Positions 11,301 to 20,026 of a stretch of 64,000 nt of DNA are shown piece by piece. How positions within the stretch are numbered: the first letter of the stretch is position 1; each line of letters begins with the position of its first letter. The notes beneath the pieces were generated by a model. The model ran no database searches. It saw nothing but the letters and a program-made list of their open reading frames with translations, and was not told the origin of the DNA. Origin of the DNA: a virus; the IMG/VR virus record IMGVR_UViG_3300009149_000012, positions 64,001 through 128,000 of that record. One strand, given 5' to 3'. Position numbers and translations under genes: made by a program.

Positions 11301-11769
11301 TCGAACCGTCGCTGAAAGGATTGGTCGTGTCCGAGATACCCTCAAGAATCCCCTTCAGAGAGGGGTCCTTTGCCTCCAACTCGTCAAGTGCCTTGGAATG
11401 GTCAGGCTTCTCTGTGTCGCCGCCCTCATCCCCACCTTGATCCTTGTAGGGTTCATAGATGTCGGACTTGCTCCTGAGCGTCTCAGGGCTGACAAGAACG
11501 CGTTCCTTGTCTTTCTTGTTCCACGCTGGAACACGCTTGTCCAGACTCTTACCCTCCAACCAACGGCGGGCTACATTACCCCCGATGGTCTTGTAATTGA
11601 GGGAGAGATCAGGATCCCCATTCAGGTCAGGATCCTTCTCATCGTCAGGATTATCCATACGCTCACGCCGCCGATCGCGACGTGGGGGCTTTTTCTTAGG
11701 AGCCGGCCGTACAAGTCGGTCGGATTCCTCCTGTTCCCGCTCGTACGGATCTTTGGTAGCAACACGCAT
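8377..11769 (-). CDS. Large P/E/K-rich head-module protein (1130 aa)
   Basis: Long ORF directly downstream of portal; PEPK repeats; duplicated C-terminal DEPYM motif. Confidence 0.7.
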   Translation of the reverse strand: MRVATKDPYEREQEESDRLVRPAPKKKPPRRDRRRERMDNPDDEKDPDLNGDPDLSLNYKTIGGNVARRWLEGKSLDKRVPAWNKKDKERVLVSPETLRSKSDIYEPYKDQGGDEGGDTEKPDHSKALDELEAKDPSLKGILEGISDTTNPFSDGSKAKARPELKLENVYPGTAFPPGVETLGDLQEAVLNRPKPKPAPEPTPEPKPTLEPKPEPKPEPTPEAKPEQPAKPEKAEKPEPEQPEEQPAKPEKPEQETPEAEAPKEEVDRFDVPSKEPEPEQSTEPKPKPEEKAPEPEKEAPAKEPEPEKAPEEAKPEPQPEPQPEPKPKAKPEQAKKEHVQTKAWVDGGAVESKEFAEFADSDRTVSTDPDGSLLFVNESKEKVPFAELSPEMQTEWRKKFEQQSRSTGHSKVLRDLGKKDPEVRKVLEDLADPESELSKRLLEEKDIELADPAKLIPELKGKLPKDLHSMGDLLSVATGMFKAPVKRKPPSEQEQAKTTQMLTDNLPAHMLRGFFDQDMHPEEAKAVIEQYEQLKKESSEWSDLEQDTFLEKAGEEYQTNPGKISPPKTVLKGGKEVPYEKLPPQEQAEAWRVHQQQTAMKSLVAQMLVSQRFSDVGNDDVARTIATFHLKKNQGQSDEQRAQEAAKEGDRLFTEVISQGPTKTPLTNKAVNGILDHLEGDPAAQSLAAAALQARDYQSAKQKFLGPQGVSEHDSPETISTGLVRAGEWLEERADQYPEDSRGRNVARLFQQRVLDRLKTLTPEKYEKVKARLDKHESTVLPKKTKQYEKAKKQYEKALKKYEVEVAKVRKENEVTKKEYQDKLKAQEGGYRETGGKKPPKPKLKEPPPKPEAPKPPRSKSSFTYSMGLEMKRALYHGVEPEAVEPYPDWRQVSQHDLTLADQETILSASQEWLKEPTMKATEGTVRDAQLRAVLDFAIATTNGGAYARAVHPSLYNSLLAQLAGFPEGETLVTIRESSQQQSFDDDGHVGRQPATIRSEDMSTPKVSAETKQATDLILNRIDRVAKTIQAKQEEWGIPFEDAKAIVNALDRSLDDIEITTYGKESFELRQAEVIKREGDEPYMDTFNGPSDPKQTDADEPYMRAYADDDTSGVIHGESTTGRPLAPGHK

Positions 11770-11789
11770 CGTCTCTAGTCAGGATATAA

Positions 11790-13613
11790 CTAGAATCGGC
11801 CACCGCCGCCTTCGTCGCCACCAGGCTTCGTTCGAAGCTTGAGGTACTGGCCGATGCGTTCTGTGACATCCGTGCTCGTGACGATCTCGCGCCCAACCTC
11901 GCTGTAAATGCTGCGCATGCACTCGTTGAAGGTCGCGTCGTTGATCGTGAACATGTCGTTCTGAAGCTTTTCTGTCGTGTCGGCCGGGTCGATGTTGAAC
12001 ATCTCCAAGATGACGTCGATCGAAACGCTGCCCTTCTGGTACAGGTTGAACAACGCATCGTAGGTGTCCTGGCTGTCACGAAGGGGCAGGCGGGTGAAGC
12101 TGAGGCGGGGGTACAACACAACCTCTTGGCCCCACTCATCCTCTTCCACGAAGCCCTTGCGGCGAGCAACAGGAATGAAGAGAGCTTCCTCGACCATCTC
12201 TTGCAAGACTTCTCGCAGGAACAGGTACCGGGTGTTGATGACTTCCAGCTTGAGCCGGTCACCACTGAACAGAGCTTCGCCGCTCATGAGGCTTTCGGTC
12301 GTGCCAAGCCCAGCGAGCATCTGACGCTCGGTCATCTCGTATTCGCTCGACAGGTCAAGCAAACGATCCCGGGCGCCCATCTCTTCCCACCGCACCTCAT
12401 AGTTGGTGACGATGGAATAGTCAGGATCCACCAAGGCAAGGTCGACTTGCTCTCGAAGGGCTTCAACGTCATCTTCGGCCAGCCCCTCACCCGAAACGAG
12501 CCGCTTGGGGGTCATGGCCCGGCTGGCGATCTGTGTCTGTGCCTGGCGCAGCTTGTCTCGGTAGTACAGGGTCCTCAAAAGGCGATCTAGGATGCTGATT
12601 CCGTAGTCCTCGTTGACGTCCCGATGCGCTGCCAGATGGTAGACGAACGAGCCTTCGTCAGGATCCGTCCCAAGCGGGACCATCTGACCGGCTTCGATGT
12701 ACTCACGCACCTCATCTGGAATCATCGCTGCCATCTCGGCGGCGGCTGGGTCTCCCTGCTTGGCCCGCTCGATGATCTCACGATCGCGTGACGACGGAAT
12801 CAACTCGACCCGGACCTTGTCCGAGAAGCTCATCCCAGTCACACGGACCTGGTCAATCGGCAGAATGACGAGACGGTCGAGACCTTGGTAGTGCTTCTGG
12901 TAATAGGAAAGCTCTTGGCTCTCTCTGTCGGACCGTTCTTCCCACTGCACAGCGGCTTGCTCGACTGGGACCCCCTCATCCGTCAGGTAGGAGTGCACGA
13001 CACGCTTGGCGTCGTAGCCAATCTCCGGGGGCACTTCGACGTCAGAGTCCTCTGCGAACACGAACACGCTGCCATCGAGCCAGTAGTGGTGGGTCGATTG
13101 GATGAGGCGCCGGAACAGCTTGACCCTTTTGCACATCCGCTCGAACCACGACAGGATGTACTTGCCGTAATCGTCAGGGCTCTTGAAGCCCTCTGGGCAT
13201 GTGCGGGGCCGGGGGGCTGCCAAACGCACCTTCGAAAGCGGCAACTCCGTGTGAAGGTCGATGGCCTGCCCAACGAGCGGGTCGTAGCGGTAGAAGTGGC
13301 GGTAGATCTCACGCTTCTCGCGCAAGGTCTGCGGCAATTCGAGGAAGTCCGTCGAAAGCTGGACGCTGAAGAAGTTTTGGTGTTGCGACTGCATCGTGTT
13401 GCCGCCGAACCCACCACCAAATCCGCCACCACCGGACGCATAGCCGCTGCTACCGGAGAAGCTTCCCGGCAAACAACCTGAAGCCGTCCGAGCCTCTCGG
13501 CGAGCACGGCGTTCTTTTTCAGTGAGATTCCCGCTTTTTGAGTTCGAAATGTACGGGGTAGAACGTGTCGTTCCCCACGCATAGGGGTTTCGAACATTGG
13601 TGAAGTCAGGCAT
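11790..13613 (-). CDS. Portal protein
   Basis: RHFYRYDPLVGQAIDLHTELPLS and YGISILDRLLRTL motifs; size and position downstream of TerL. Confidence 0.8.
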   Translation of the reverse strand: MPDFTNVRNPYAWGTTRSTPYISNSKSGNLTEKERRARREARTASGCLPGSFSGSSGYASGGGGFGGGFGGNTMQSQHQNFFSVQLSTDFLELPQTLREKREIYRHFYRYDPLVGQAIDLHTELPLSKVRLAAPRPRTCPEGFKSPDDYGKYILSWFERMCKRVKLFRRLIQSTHHYWLDGSVFVFAEDSDVEVPPEIGYDAKRVVHSYLTDEGVPVEQAAVQWEERSDRESQELSYYQKHYQGLDRLVILPIDQVRVTGMSFSDKVRVELIPSSRDREIIERAKQGDPAAAEMAAMIPDEVREYIEAGQMVPLGTDPDEGSFVYHLAAHRDVNEDYGISILDRLLRTLYYRDKLRQAQTQIASRAMTPKRLVSGEGLAEDDVEALREQVDLALVDPDYSIVTNYEVRWEEMGARDRLLDLSSEYEMTERQMLAGLGTTESLMSGEALFSGDRLKLEVINTRYLFLREVLQEMVEEALFIPVARRKGFVEEDEWGQEVVLYPRLSFTRLPLRDSQDTYDALFNLYQKGSVSIDVILEMFNIDPADTTEKLQNDMFTINDATFNECMRSIYSEVGREIVTSTDVTERIGQYLKLRTKPGGDEGGGGRF

Positions 13614-14010
13614 CGATCACCTCTCCATAGACCGCCTGGAAGTCCTCTGTAGCATTCGCAACAGTAGTTCCTCCATACTGAAGGCTCGGGCGGCGGGATC
13701 GGATCTCTTGAGCCTCTTGGTCTCGTTGCTCTTGTGCCGCTCGCTCCCGCTCCACACGCTCCTGAGCCTCACGCTCTTGCCGCTGGCGAACCAAGATCCG
13801 ATCGCTCGATGCCGCCCTCACCATCCCACGCTGAATGGCCCCACTGAAGCGGAGCCACGCATTTGCATAGGCGATGTCGAGGCGACCACCCTCCCGGTTC
13901 CGCCGAGCTTGACGTGCCAAAATTGTCGTCAACTCGAAGAGCCGTTGGACGTGTGCGGTGATCTGTTGGCGGGTCGAGAGAATCTCCGCATGGAGTTCCT
14001 CTGACGACAT
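13606..14010 (-). CDS. Hypothetical coiled-coil protein
   Basis: 3' part of ORF 13606..14238; start chosen at MSSEELH after the upstream stop. Confidence 0.55.
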   Translation of the reverse strand: MSSEELHAEILSTRQQITAHVQRLFELTTILARQARRNREGGRLDIAYANAWLRFSGAIQRGMVRAASSDRILVRQRQEREAQERVERERAAQEQRDQEAQEIRSRRPSLQYGGTTVANATEDFQAVYGEVIDA

Positions 14011-14030
14011 GCTCATAGGATTGCGTGTAC

Positions 14031-14545
14031 TCACAGAATTGCCTGTACTCCCAAGTATTGACTGTTGTTCGGCTTGGGAAGCTGGGCAACCCACCCGCAG
14101 TGCTCGGCGGGATCTGGCAAGCCAGCAAGAGTCCGCTCGTTTTCGATCGTCCACAGCCCTCGAAGAGACTGGTACATTGGGGCGTTCGGGAAGTAGTTGA
14201 TGGGGATGAGAGGCCCACCGCCCGTCCGAGACGCCCACGTAAATTGCTCGTAGGAAGATGTCGAGATGATGTTGCCGCCGATGAACATGACAGCGAACTG
14301 GTAAACCAGTTGGTTGCGAGTCATCGCCGTGAACTGGTCTGCCGACTCATCGGACCCCCACAGAAGGAAGCCGCCGAAGTGACCGTTTCCGTAATCCACC
14401 ACGAGATCATCGGTACCAGTGTCGACCCAACGCACGCCTTGACCACCCGCCCAGCCGCCATTGAGCATTGCCTGGAAACCGTCACGGTGATCGAATCCCC
14501 TTTTTGGAAGAGGATGCAGTCTCGGCTTCGAAGAATTTCAGGCAT
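14031..14545 (-). pseudogene. Paralogue of 14554..15084 (decoration-like), interrupted by a 1-nt frameshift near 14474
   Basis: MPEILRSRDCILFQKGDSITVTVS in one frame and AMLNGGWAGGQGV in another align collinearly with the upstream paralogue. Confidence 0.7.
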
Positions 14546-14553
14546 TGGCTACC

Positions 14554-15084
14554 TCAGACGGACATCTGAACGGTCATGAATTCGTCGGTCATCGGCGAGG
14601 GTGGTTGGATGATGTGGCCGCACCACAGGATGTTAGGGGCCCGTGGGTCACCTGACAAGGTCCACTCGTCCTCGATCGTGAGATAACCCCGGTTGCTCAT
14701 GAACAGGATGTCGTTGGCCTGGTAGACGATCGGCACCAAGGGACCAGCAATCCGAGAGGCGTAGGTGTATTTCTCGTAGGTGGTGGTGAGCATCACCCAT
14801 GAACCGAAGCAAAACACGCTGATTCGGTACGTAGGCTGAAGCCGGGTCATCGCCGTGAAGCGGTCTGGCACCTCATCTGAGCCCCACAACAGGAAGCCAG
14901 CCGGGCGACCATCTGACCGCTGGACCAAGAATTCGTCCTTCGTCGAGCCGGCCCACGTCACTCCCTGGGCTCCGGGCCAACCTTGGGTCGCCAAGTCCTC
15001 CGTCACGTTGACCCCCATCGTGTCGCCCTTGACGAGCACGATGCAATCCCGTGTCCTGATCTGAGCAAGCATAGGGTCAAACAT
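14554..15084 (-). CDS. Probable virion structural protein (decoration-like)
   Basis: RDCIVLVKGD...GWPGAQGV...GFLLWGSDE; tandem paralogue downstream. Confidence 0.6.
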   Translation of the reverse strand: MFDPMLAQIRTRDCIVLVKGDTMGVNVTEDLATQGWPGAQGVTWAGSTKDEFLVQRSDGRPAGFLLWGSDEVPDRFTAMTRLQPTYRISVFCFGSWVMLTTTYEKYTYASRIAGPLVPIVYQANDILFMSNRGYLTIEDEWTLSGDPRAPNILWCGHIIQPPSPMTDEFMTVQMSV

Positions 15085-15322
15085 CGCCGTCCTCCCTATC
15101 GTAGATCCGGCCCGGCATATCACCCCAAGCTTGAACGACTTGCTTCAGCACATTGACAGCGTTGCCGTCTCCTCGAAGAATCGTTTCCCAGGTGCCGCCC
15201 AACTGACGGTACACCAAGCGGATTGACATGTAGTCAGCCTTACCTATGACCACATCCTCCGACAAGAGATTGTCGGCGATGGTTCGGATCACTTTGTTCG
15301 CAAGCTGAATCGGGGAAGCCAC
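15077..15322 (-). CDS. Hypothetical protein
   Basis: GGAGG RBS plus GTG right after the TerL stop; coupled to the next gene. Confidence 0.5.
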   Translation of the reverse strand: MASPIQLANKVIRTIADNLLSEDVVIGKADYMSIRLVYRQLGGTWETILRGDGNAVNVLKQVVQAWGDMPGRIYDREDGDV

Positions 15323-15323
15323 C

Positions 15324-18300
15324 TTACCTCCGTCCCACGCTGCGCTCCGAGAACTGACCATGTCGGCGACTACGAGAGCGCTGGTAACGCGTAACACTCA
15401 TAGCTGACGCCGCATAAGGGGCTCCTGCAAACCTTCCGCCCTGAGCGATGAACTTCTTGTCTCCACGCCGGGCTTCACTCAAATGGACCGCTCGAACGAA
15501 GGCGTCGCTGAGATCGTCATGGGCGTCGACCACTTTCGGGGCCTCGACCACCACGAGGTTCTTGCTCACCTGGCGGGCCTGCAAGCTCAAAAGCTCTTGG
15601 ATGAGTTGGGAGTGCTTCTTTCCGACCAAGGGGTAGTCATACAGGCGCAAACGCTTGTCGTACATCAAGAGCTTGGCTTGCTGGAAGATCTTCGAAGACT
15701 GGTCACGGGTGAAGTATTGGCTGTTAAACTGCTTGAGCCCCATCTTGTGGAGCCGTTGCTCCAATGGGATGCCGTTCCACCGGTCGAACAGTCCGTCCGT
15801 GATGTAGAAGTGCTTGCAAAGAAGAGCGATCCAATCGGCGATTTCGTCGAAATCTAGCCGCTCGACATTCGAAAGCGTCTTGGCGTAGTTGGAGAGAGGT
15901 TCAACCAGGTGCGGGTTTGACTCACGCCAGTCGACCCCAGCCTGCCAGGTCTCATGGTAGTCGAGAACGACGTCCTCACCCTCAGGGTGGGTGATCACGA
16001 TGCCGGTGCCGTCGCCGACCAAACCAATGTCGATCCCCATCTGGTGAGGCGAGCGGGGCAGACCCCGGGTATGAGGCCGAAGATCTGGATCGATGCAGTC
16101 AAGCAAATCGGATTCACGCTCGATCCAACCCCGCATCTGATCGGAGAACATGGCGCCGTGCTCGACCATGAACACGGTCGGGTCGGCGTGGTACTTCTGC
16201 TTGTAGTAGGAAGACTCGACCGTGGGATTGATCTCCCACGTGGGGGCCTGGACAGCCAACAGGTTCTCGGAACCCTCTCCACCCCGCATCGCCTGGTCAA
16301 ATTTCTCCCAAAACAGACCGCTCTTGCCCAAGGGGCTGGAGATGAGGATGGTGCGAGCCTCGACAGGGCCGATTGCCACCTGGTTGTCTTCGGGGTCCTT
16401 CGGTGAGAAAGAAGCCGTCGACGGGGTGATGGCCTCGTAGATCTCTTTTGCAGAGGACGTTCCGTTATCCTGGAAGTGGGCGACTTCGTCCAAGATGATG
16501 ATGACGTTGCCGGCGCCACGAAGACCACGAGCGATGCAAGACTTGAACGTGACCCGGAGACTCGACTTGCCTTGGAAGCTCTGGAATGAGCCATCCTTGA
16601 CCCTGTTGATGGATCCGAACCGGTCGATCTCGTAGGGGGTACGGAAGTGGACGTGCGTCTGCGTGTTGTTGGCGATGTAGGGCGTGAAGTATTGGCACTT
16701 GGCAAGATGGCTCGCCACGTCGTTGTACAGAAGCCCCGCCTGATCCTTGTCGGTCGCCACCGAGATGATCTGCACCCGGTTGCCGTTGGGCAGACCGTAG
16801 TATTCCTGCGGATTGTACAGGTTCAGAAGCCGGTACACCTCGTAGCTCGCAAAGATGGCACTGAGGGTCGTGTTGTGGTTGGTCAAGCCGTTGGCTACGA
16901 AAGACGCCCCATCAGGCACGTTCAGATCGTAGACATGATCTTCACCCTCCTCGACAGACACGACAGGGTCGAAGAAATAGTCTTGGTGCAGCAAGTCCTC
17001 GAAGTGCTGCATTTCATCTTTCCCAGCGCCTAGTTCCCGAGCCACTTTCAGGGCCTCGACCATCCTGGTGTAAGTCAGATCCTCTTTTGAGCCAGGTTTG
17101 CACACGTTGCCCAAGGCTTTTCGGAGATGGGAACGGCCCCACCCCAGTTCCCCTCTCGCAGAATTACGCTTCGGAACGGACTTCAACAAGTTCCGCACCC
17201 TAGTGTACTGGTGGGGTACGCTCTCCGTGTTCGATTTACCTTCCTGGGCACGTTCAAGAGCTTCAAGCAAAGGTCCTTGCTTCTTCTCCGAGTCGAACCC
17301 CACAAGCTGGGCAAACCGACGTCGGGATCTCACACCCTTGATGCTCAGGTTAGCGTAGTGCCTTTTGGTTTTTCGGTTCCACTTGCGACCGATGTTCGAG
17401 ACGATCCCCAGGTTCAGGAGAAGTACCTGAACCTCATGGGCCAACCGAAAACTGGCCGAAGAGAACGTGATGTGGCGGCCCCCGCATTCGGCAGATCCGT
17501 CCGTCTCGAAAAGCCCCCGTAGAAACGCACACACCACATGGCGGGGCGACCGAAGGACCACCCACGGCACCATCTTGTCATAACGCCCACAGTCCGTCAC
17601 CCATCCGAGGTTAGCCAAGAACCGGCGCATCCCCACACTAGGAAATTCCAGTCGACCTGTCCCTTCTGTTCGCTGGTCCATCTGGACTCGATGTGACCCC
17701 AACAAGCTGTTGAACAGTTCTTTGAGCCGATCCCACGTCTCAGGGTGTTCCACTGTCATGGCGACACCCTGCGTGTGCGCCCAGCTACCGTCTCCGACAA
17801 GGTAGCCAAGAAGCAAGCCCCACTTTTCACTGAAAGTGTCAGGAAAAGACAGGTCCTTGTACCCGTCCGTGTTGTGGAACGGCTTAAGATCCACAAGGTC
17901 CTGAGACCATAGGTCAGTGGTCCGATTGACTGCCAGGTAGTCGCCGGGCCGGATGTTGTCCAGATACTTCCATTCCACGCAGCCTGACTCAGCCATCACC
18001 CTGACCCGGTGATTGCCCGTCCCCCGAACAGAGTAACCAGACCAACTCTTCACCGAGAAGGTTGGCTTCACACCACCGTCATAGAAAAAGGCGGATCTCG
18101 CTTGTCGCCCACCCTCTTGAGCCACCCCCACATTGAAGGATGTGGTGTCTTCCTCCGAAGCGCACGCCAAGTCCTTGATAGGGAACAAACCCAAGTCTGT
18201 CAAAACCAGGGTGTCGCCTGAAACACACTTGCCGGCCCGACGGCCGATCGGCAGGATAAGCTCACGCCGCTCGTGATCTTGTTCCCCGATGTTGCAGCGC

Positions 18301-18629
18301 CCCTCTTCGAACAGGTACTTCAGGAACTCTTTTTCGGTGAACCGATAGAGCACCTTGGTGTTGAACATATCCGTGACAGGAACGTTCTGTTCGGTGTCGT
18401 CTAGCTCCAAATGGTAGTAGAGCTTGACAAGAAAACGCTGGCCTGGGTACAGCCGCATCGACAGCCCCCACGGCTGTTCGATGTAGTCGATGATACTGAA
18501 GATGCGAGGGCCCTTTTGGCCTCCATCTTGAATTGTGCTTGAGGTGGTGATCGCATCACGCCGTGCGACCTGACCGGCTTTACGGATGAGGGAGCTTACG
18601 CCCGCCCCTTTGGTTTTGCGAGGCGGCAT
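15324..18629 (-). CDS. terL: Terminase large subunit with intein
   Basis: Walker A IGRRAGK|TT, Walker B IIILDEVAHF, ISSPLGKSG, nuclease MGIDIG and HDDLSDA. Confidence 0.92.
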   Translation of the reverse strand: MPPRKTKGAGVSSLIRKAGQVARRDAITTSSTIQDGGQKGPRIFSIIDYIEQPWGLSMRLYPGQRFLVKLYYHLELDDTEQNVPVTDMFNTKVLYRFTEKEFLKYLFEEGRCNIGEQDHERRELILPIGRRAGKCVSGDTLVLTDLGLFPIKDLACASEEDTTSFNVGVAQEGGRQARSAFFYDGGVKPTFSVKSWSGYSVRGTGNHRVRVMAESGCVEWKYLDNIRPGDYLAVNRTTDLWSQDLVDLKPFHNTDGYKDLSFPDTFSEKWGLLLGYLVGDGSWAHTQGVAMTVEHPETWDRLKELFNSLLGSHRVQMDQRTEGTGRLEFPSVGMRRFLANLGWVTDCGRYDKMVPWVVLRSPRHVVCAFLRGLFETDGSAECGGRHITFSSASFRLAHEVQVLLLNLGIVSNIGRKWNRKTKRHYANLSIKGVRSRRRFAQLVGFDSEKKQGPLLEALERAQEGKSNTESVPHQYTRVRNLLKSVPKRNSARGELGWGRSHLRKALGNVCKPGSKEDLTYTRMVEALKVARELGAGKDEMQHFEDLLHQDYFFDPVVSVEEGEDHVYDLNVPDGASFVANGLTNHNTTLSAIFASYEVYRLLNLYNPQEYYGLPNGNRVQIISVATDKDQAGLLYNDVASHLAKCQYFTPYIANNTQTHVHFRTPYEIDRFGSINRVKDGSFQSFQGKSSLRVTFKSCIARGLRGAGNVIIILDEVAHFQDNGTSSAKEIYEAITPSTASFSPKDPEDNQVAIGPVEARTILISSPLGKSGLFWEKFDQAMRGGEGSENLLAVQAPTWEINPTVESSYYKQKYHADPTVFMVEHGAMFSDQMRGWIERESDLLDCIDPDLRPHTRGLPRSPHQMGIDIGLVGDGTGIVITHPEGEDVVLDYHETWQAGVDWRESNPHLVEPLSNYAKTLSNVERLDFDEIADWIALLCKHFYITDGLFDRWNGIPLEQRLHKMGLKQFNSQYFTRDQSSKIFQQAKLLMYDKRLRLYDYPLVGKKHSQLIQELLSLQARQVSKNLVVVEAPKVVDAHDDLSDAFVRAVHLSEARRGDKKFIAQGGRFAGAPYAASAMSVTRYQRSRSRRHGQFSERSVGRR
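16872..18227 (-). mobile_element. Intein (~452 aa) with LAGLIDADG endonuclease in the TerL Walker A
   Basis: Starts CVSGDTLV; GTGNHRV; LLGYLVGDG and FLRGLFETDG; ends VYDLNVPDGASFVANGLTNHN|T. Confidence 0.95.
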
Positions 18630-18632
18630 TCA

Positions 18633-19301
18633 TTAGCCTTTCTCTGCCATGGCTTCTGAAGCTCGATCCTCCCACCCCTCCATCGCCGTCTCCAAGCGGT
18701 TGAAGAAAAGCTCGACCTGTTCTGGGTCCAAGACTTCTTGTGCAACGAGACGGATCATGTCGATCCAGAGAGCGAACACCCGCTGGAAACGCTCGCCCTG
18801 AAGGTCGACCATCTCCACGCCGAGCTTTTTGATCTCCAACTCGATGTGGGCGATCTTGTTGAGCGCGTCGATCCGGCGTGTCGAGAGTTGGCCTGTGTCC
18901 TTGCCGAACTTCTCCAACTCGAAACGCGTGGCTTGGATTGCGGCGCCTTCCTTGGCAATCTCCAACTTGAGCAAGTGGAGCACCGAAATAGCGTCGAGAT
19001 GATTCTCGGCCGCTCGAACGACAGGGTCCTGTTCAACGATGAGAGCCTTCTGCTCTGAAACCTGTTGGTTGTACAGAAGGGCTTCAGCGGCTGGAGTTGT
19101 CTCGATCTTGCGAGGACGTCCCCGGCTCCCGGTCGAATTCGTCCGGTGGAAAGGTACCAGGTTCCGCAAAACTTCGGCGGGCTTGATTTCCTGAACCGGC
19201 TCCGTTGGGGGTGCTCCCTTCGGAAGTTGACCAACCAACGCATCCGAGGGGTCGTCGATGAACAGGTCGTCGGTTGTATCTGTCTTTGCTGCTTCCGCCA
19301 T
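18633..19301 (-). CDS. Probable terminase small subunit
   Basis: Helical ORF immediately upstream of terL; RGRPRK basic motif. Confidence 0.5.
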   Translation of the reverse strand: MAEAAKTDTTDDLFIDDPSDALVGQLPKGAPPTEPVQEIKPAEVLRNLVPFHRTNSTGSRGRPRKIETTPAAEALLYNQQVSEQKALIVEQDPVVRAAENHLDAISVLHLLKLEIAKEGAAIQATRFELEKFGKDTGQLSTRRIDALNKIAHIELEIKKLGVEMVDLQGERFQRVFALWIDMIRLVAQEVLDPEQVELFFNRLETAMEGWEDRASEAMAEKG

Positions 19302-19334
19302 GGGAGTACCTCTACTTACAAAGTAGCAAGGATT

Positions 19335-19724
19335 TCAGTCGCCGCCAACAGGTTCCGCTCCTCCACCCCCCTCAGTCTTGATGAGATACTGGGAAAGGTT
19401 GCGGACCGCATCGTAGCCCTTGTTCTCCGGAACTTCGTCATCGATCGCTTTTTGAAGGTCTTTTCCGGTTTCAACAAGGTTCAGAACCCCTGTGTCATTA
19501 GGACCCGGGGAAAAGACATCCTTGGGCTGAATATCTCTGTGATTTATGGGCGCTTGGTCAGGATTCCCATCCTTTTGGACCTTGCCGCTGTCCTGAATGA
19601 TCTCCTTGGAGATGCCGTCTGGCTTGTTGATGGGTTGCGTGTTCTCCCGAGCCTTCTCCCGGCCATCGGGGGCCTGAGCGGCATACCGATTCGCAACTCG
19701 TTCGGCCATGTCCTGATCACGCAT
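19335..19724 (-). CDS. Hypothetical head-module protein
   Basis: TGATG coupling to the upstream ORF; ERVANRY motif. Confidence 0.55.
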   Translation of the reverse strand: MRDQDMAERVANRYAAQAPDGREKARENTQPINKPDGISKEIIQDSGKVQKDGNPDQAPINHRDIQPKDVFSPGPNDTGVLNLVETGKDLQKAIDDEVPENKGYDAVRNLSQYLIKTEGGGGAEPVGGD

Positions 19725-20026
19725 CACCAACTCCCGTGGGCCTCGCCCATCCAATCAAACGAGTACACCAAGCTCTTGCTGAGCTTTTCAATGCCTCGAA
19801 GCACTTGCCCCTCGTTTGCCATGTCGTCTTTGGCAAGAGCCTCAAGACGCCGAATCTCTTCCCGAGCATCTTCCAGGTGGGAGAGCGCCTGACCTTGCAA
19901 CTCGGACTTGGAAAGTTGACTTTCCCCATCTGCCCGAGCGCGCCGGTAGCGGTCCTGAAGCATCGCTGCCGGGGTTGAACCCCGACTTGACGCCTTCCAC
20001 CTGGGAGAGTCGAGGGGGATGCTCAC
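19724..20026 (-). CDS. Hypothetical protein
   Basis: GTGA overlap with upstream gene and TGATG with downstream gene. Confidence 0.5.
   Translation of the reverse strand: MSIPLDSPRWKASSRGSTPAAMLQDRYRRARADGESQLSKSELQGQALSHLEDAREEIRRLEALAKDDMANEGQVLRGIEKLSKSLVYSFDWMGEAHGSW

Noticed and set aside
14497-14506. CAAAAAGGGG as a programmed frameshift site
   Set aside because: Paralogue alignment stays in frame past it (KGDS); the break is ~25 nt downstream
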